Source: a bacterium (lineage in GTDB: Bacteria > SAR324 > NAC60-12). Taken from it: a stretch of 64,000 nt of DNA. Below, piece by piece: positions 61,427-64,000 of the stretch; within the stretch, counting starts at the first letter, position 1; the number at the start of each line of letters is the position of its first letter. The stretch is from positions 563,656 through 627,655 of the forward strand of contig CBDBHR010000028.1 of assembly GCA_965205865.1 (NCBI GenBank). Reading direction: 5' to 3'. A program made the translations under genes and the position numbers. Under the pieces are notes generated by a model, which searched no databases, was not told the origin of the DNA, and saw only the letters and a program-made list of their open reading frames with translations.

Positions 61427-62230
61427 TCAGATCTTTGCGGCAACTCCACCATCGACGTTGATGATCTCGGCAGTGAGGAAGCGTGATTCTTCGGATACCA
61501 GGAACAAGAAAAGATTGGCGACGTCCTCAGGGTAGCCGGGACCCGGAATAATCTGCGCCATGTTGAACATCTTTTCGAAAACATGATGCCCGCCATCGGG
61601 ATCGTTGATGGTTCCCCGAGTCGCGCCGGGCGTCATGATTTGACCGGGACGTACGCAATTGACCCGGATGTTATGTTTACCCCCAACCCCGGCCATGTAA
61701 CGGGTGAGCGCATCGACTCCCGCTTTTGCCGCGTAGTAAGCCGGTGCGGCAGTACCGAATTCCTCGCGCATCCAGGGGCTGAAACCCCGCTGAGCGGCGA
61801 GTGACGACATGTTCACCACGGCACCGCCACCTGCTGCCACGAGGTGTGGCCAAACAGCGCGTGAAACATAGAACGTGCCGTTCAGATTGATATCGATAAC
61901 ATAGTTCCAATCTTCGTCGGACGTGTTGGGGAAGTCGCCCGCAGCCCCTCCACCGGCATTGTTGATCAATATGTCTATGGCGCCGTAAGCTTTGGCCGCT
62001 TCCGCCGCCGCCGAATCGACTGAGACGACGTTGCTCACGTCACAGGCGATGAAAGTGGCCTCTCCACCTTCCTCGCTAACGGCTTTTTCAACTCTCGCCC
62101 CTTCCTCTTCCCGCCTGGCCATAATCACGACTTTGGCCCCTTCCCTGGCAAAAAGATGGACCGTCGCTTCACCAATCCCGCTGTTGCCTCCCGTGACAAT
62201 CGCGACCTTGTTTTTCAATCGTTGTGTCAT
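61427..62230 (-). CDS. SDR-family oxidoreductase
   Basis: NKVAIVTGGNSGIGEA...; YYAAK. Confidence 0.75.
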   Translation of the reverse strand: MTQRLKNKVAIVTGGNSGIGEATVHLFAREGAKVVIMARREEEGARVEKAVSEEGGEATFIACDVSNVVSVDSAAAEAAKAYGAIDILINNAGGGAAGDFPNTSDEDWNYVIDINLNGTFYVSRAVWPHLVAAGGGAVVNMSSLAAQRGFSPWMREEFGTAAPAYYAAKAGVDALTRYMAGVGGKHNIRVNCVRPGQIMTPGATRGTINDPDGGHHVFEKMFNMAQIIPGPGYPEDVANLFLFLVSEESRFLTAEIINVDGGVAAKI

Positions 62231-62449
62231 CTTCTTTCTCCAATCTTGCTGTTTGTCATTGTACCGTTATAAAAATTTTTGATTTTATCCATCCCGTTCA
62301 CTTCTCGTCCACCTTTCTCGAGAGGCAAGCAGGTGAGACTATTTGTATAAATTCTTTGCAAGCACCTGTCAACAAGAATTTGGGGATCTTCGCAGGTTCC
62401 TGCAATTCGAAGCAACAATTTCCCCAAGACTCTAGTGTCGATAGTATAA

Positions 62450-63304
62450 TCAATAAAAGGCGGCCATGACAGGTTTATGGTCCGAACCCGAGGCTTCCTC
62501 CATCACTCGCATTTCCTGCAAAGCATTGGCAAATCCATCACTTGCAAAAATGTAATCCACCCTTTTTGGACTTTTAGCAAAAAAAGTCAAACCCGCTTTC
62601 TCACCATGATGCAGCGTCCACAGGTCCACAAAGCGATTGATAAAGCCTTGGTTGGTTTCTGCTGTCCCAATCATTGATTCATATTCAGCGCTGTCGGGAG
62701 TCATGTTGAAATCTCCGAGTAACAGGGTATCCTCGGGAATTTCTTGGGTTGCATCGCAAAGTTCCCAGTGATCATCTTGCGGGCCTGTCACCGAACCTCC
62801 CTGGCTCCTGCCGGTCCGCATAATTTTTTTCAATGCCTCGACCTGCTGCAATCGCTCCTTGTCGGATGCGTGGTTGAGATGGGTGCAGAGCAGCCTGATT
62901 CGCTTTTCCGGCGTATCGATGACCGCGTCTATCGCAATGCGTTGCAAACTGAGCCGGTCCTTTAAATGCTGCTTCGGCAACATATGTACACGGGCTTGCT
63001 CTATGGGCCAACGCGAAATGATTAAATTGCCGAATTGTCTTCTGCGATTTTGTATTTTGTTGTCTTGAAGAAGAATACTGGCATCGACATCGAGCGCTGG
63101 TCCAAAAAGATGAAACGATCTTCGAATAATTCGCTCAAGCGTTTTTACCTGATCCTCCATTCCCGTACGTTTCCACCATCTGTCAATTTCCTGCAAGCCG
63201 ATAATATCGCAATGTCGGACTTCCCGCAATACGATCGACACTGGTTTCTCCGTCCAAACCCGTACAATATTGCGTGTTGTAGTTACGATGCTTAATTTCA
63301 TTTT
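62450..63304 (-). CDS. Endonuclease/exonuclease/phosphatase (EEP) family protein
   Basis: ...IIGLQEI..., GDFNMTPDS, SDHKPVMAAF are EEP catalytic motifs. Confidence 0.55.
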   Translation of the reverse strand, partial: KMKLSIVTTTRNIVRVWTEKPVSIVLREVRHCDIIGLQEIDRWWKRTGMEDQVKTLERIIRRSFHLFGPALDVDASILLQDNKIQNRRRQFGNLIISRWPIEQARVHMLPKQHLKDRLSLQRIAIDAVIDTPEKRIRLLCTHLNHASDKERLQQVEALKKIMRTGRSQGGSVTGPQDDHWELCDATQEIPEDTLLLGDFNMTPDSAEYESMIGTAETNQGFINRFVDLWTLHHGEKAGLTFFAKSPKRVDYIFASDGFANALQEMRVMEEASGSDHKPVMAAFY

Positions 63305-63684
63305 AATTCCCTTTGGCAATGTGGTTCACACCCACCCACTGTCAAATACGAATGATCGATTTTGACTGCGCGACTTTAAATTTTATTCCTCGATGCTCTT
63401 GATTTTCCAAGGCAAACCGCAGTCTGCTCGAAACAGACTTTTTTCTCATAAAACGCTGGAGTAGTTAAATCAGTTCGATAATTTCCAGTCAATGGAAACA
63501 ACTGCCATTATTGCACGAGAGGAGACAATGGAGAAACAGGAATCTTGTCCAAAAAAGGTAATGGATCTCCTCTTTTTCCATAAAAAATTGCGAGCGCGAT
63601 AATTTGAGTGAGATTCTTGTGTCGGGCTGTTAAAAAGAAGCGAGTTGGAATACGATTTCGAAAGTATCATTGAAGGGAAACAAG

Positions 63685-64000
63685 CATGAATCAAATACGT
63701 ATTGAATGGGCTACCGAGGATGACGCGCAGTTGGTCATGTCACTCATCAAGGATCTCGCGGCTTACGAAAAGTTGTCGCACGACGTCATTGCGACTGAAG
63801 CTGACCTCAGACGCGCGTTGTTTAGCGAACCACCTGCCGTTGAGGCGTTGATTGCCCGAGTCGAAGACGAAGCTGTTGGTTTCGCCTTATTTTTTCACAA
63901 TTTTTCCACATTCCAGGGGCGGCGAGGCCTCTATCTCGAGGATCTGTTCGTCAAGCCAGAATCACGCGGGAAAAGGATACGGACGTCAACTGCTCATAAA
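63685..64000 (+). CDS. GNAT-family N-acetyltransferase (partial at the window end; possible 1-bp frameshift near 63965)
   Basis: MNQIRIEWATEDDAQLV...GFALFFHNFSTFQGRRGLYLEDLFVKPESRGK; the expected GKGYGRQLL motif appears in the +1 frame after the gggaaaagg run. Confidence 0.55.

Overview
This 64-kb window is a mosaic bacterial chromosomal segment. A backbone of about 50-56 % GC is interrupted by AT-rich and GC-rich islets, and the region shows heavy decay with many mobile elements. No rRNA, tRNA or CRISPR array was recognised.

Backbone genes: glgB, a CinA/VOC pair, two LLM-type (F420-dependent-like) oxidoreductases, manA, an IscS/NifS-like cysteine desulfurase, ycgN, an SPFH protein and an MFS transporter. 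A catabolic cluster at 48.2-53.4 kb holds an HpcH/CitE-like lyase, a TPP enzyme, an ADC-family protein and two SDRs; three more SDRs lie elsewhere.

Two paralogous DppABC-like peptide ABC loci are present, one intact (42.6-46.6 kb) and one decayed (14.1-17.7 kb). Neither has ATPase genes.

There are numerous pseudogenes: an MFS transporter, a CoA-transferase, a Zn-ADH with a 34-bp tandem duplication, a TauD fragment, a response-regulator fragment, an orphan DppC paralog and a GNAT frameshift.

Mobile and repeat content: four or more IS elements (IS1182-family, IS4-like, an IS1380 pseudogene, an IS630 OrfA remnant) plus an IS200 TnpA remnant. There are three families of non-coding repeats: a ~235-bp MITE with 15-bp TIRs, including one copy split by the IS1182 element with a TTTC target-site duplication; about 8 short palindromic GTCATYC...GGAATGAC elements; and a 170-bp element lying upstream of two unrelated genes in the same orientation.

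Defence and addiction content: a type II R-M pair (beta-class SPPY methyltransferase plus a Cfr10I/NgoMIV-like endonuclease), and DUF4160/DUF2442 and DUF433/DUF5615 TA-like pairs.

Most unusual:
- A ~565-bp near-perfect inverted duplication at 53.87-54.43 and 59.53-60.09 kb. Each arm is an rRNA-IVS-like stem-loop carrying a four-helix-bundle (Avd/23S-IVP family) ORF. Together they bracket a 5.1-kb cargo.
- An AT-rich 721-aa ORF at 618-2783 with tandem RpoA alpha-CTD-like HhH domains plus a sigma-70 region-4-like HTH.
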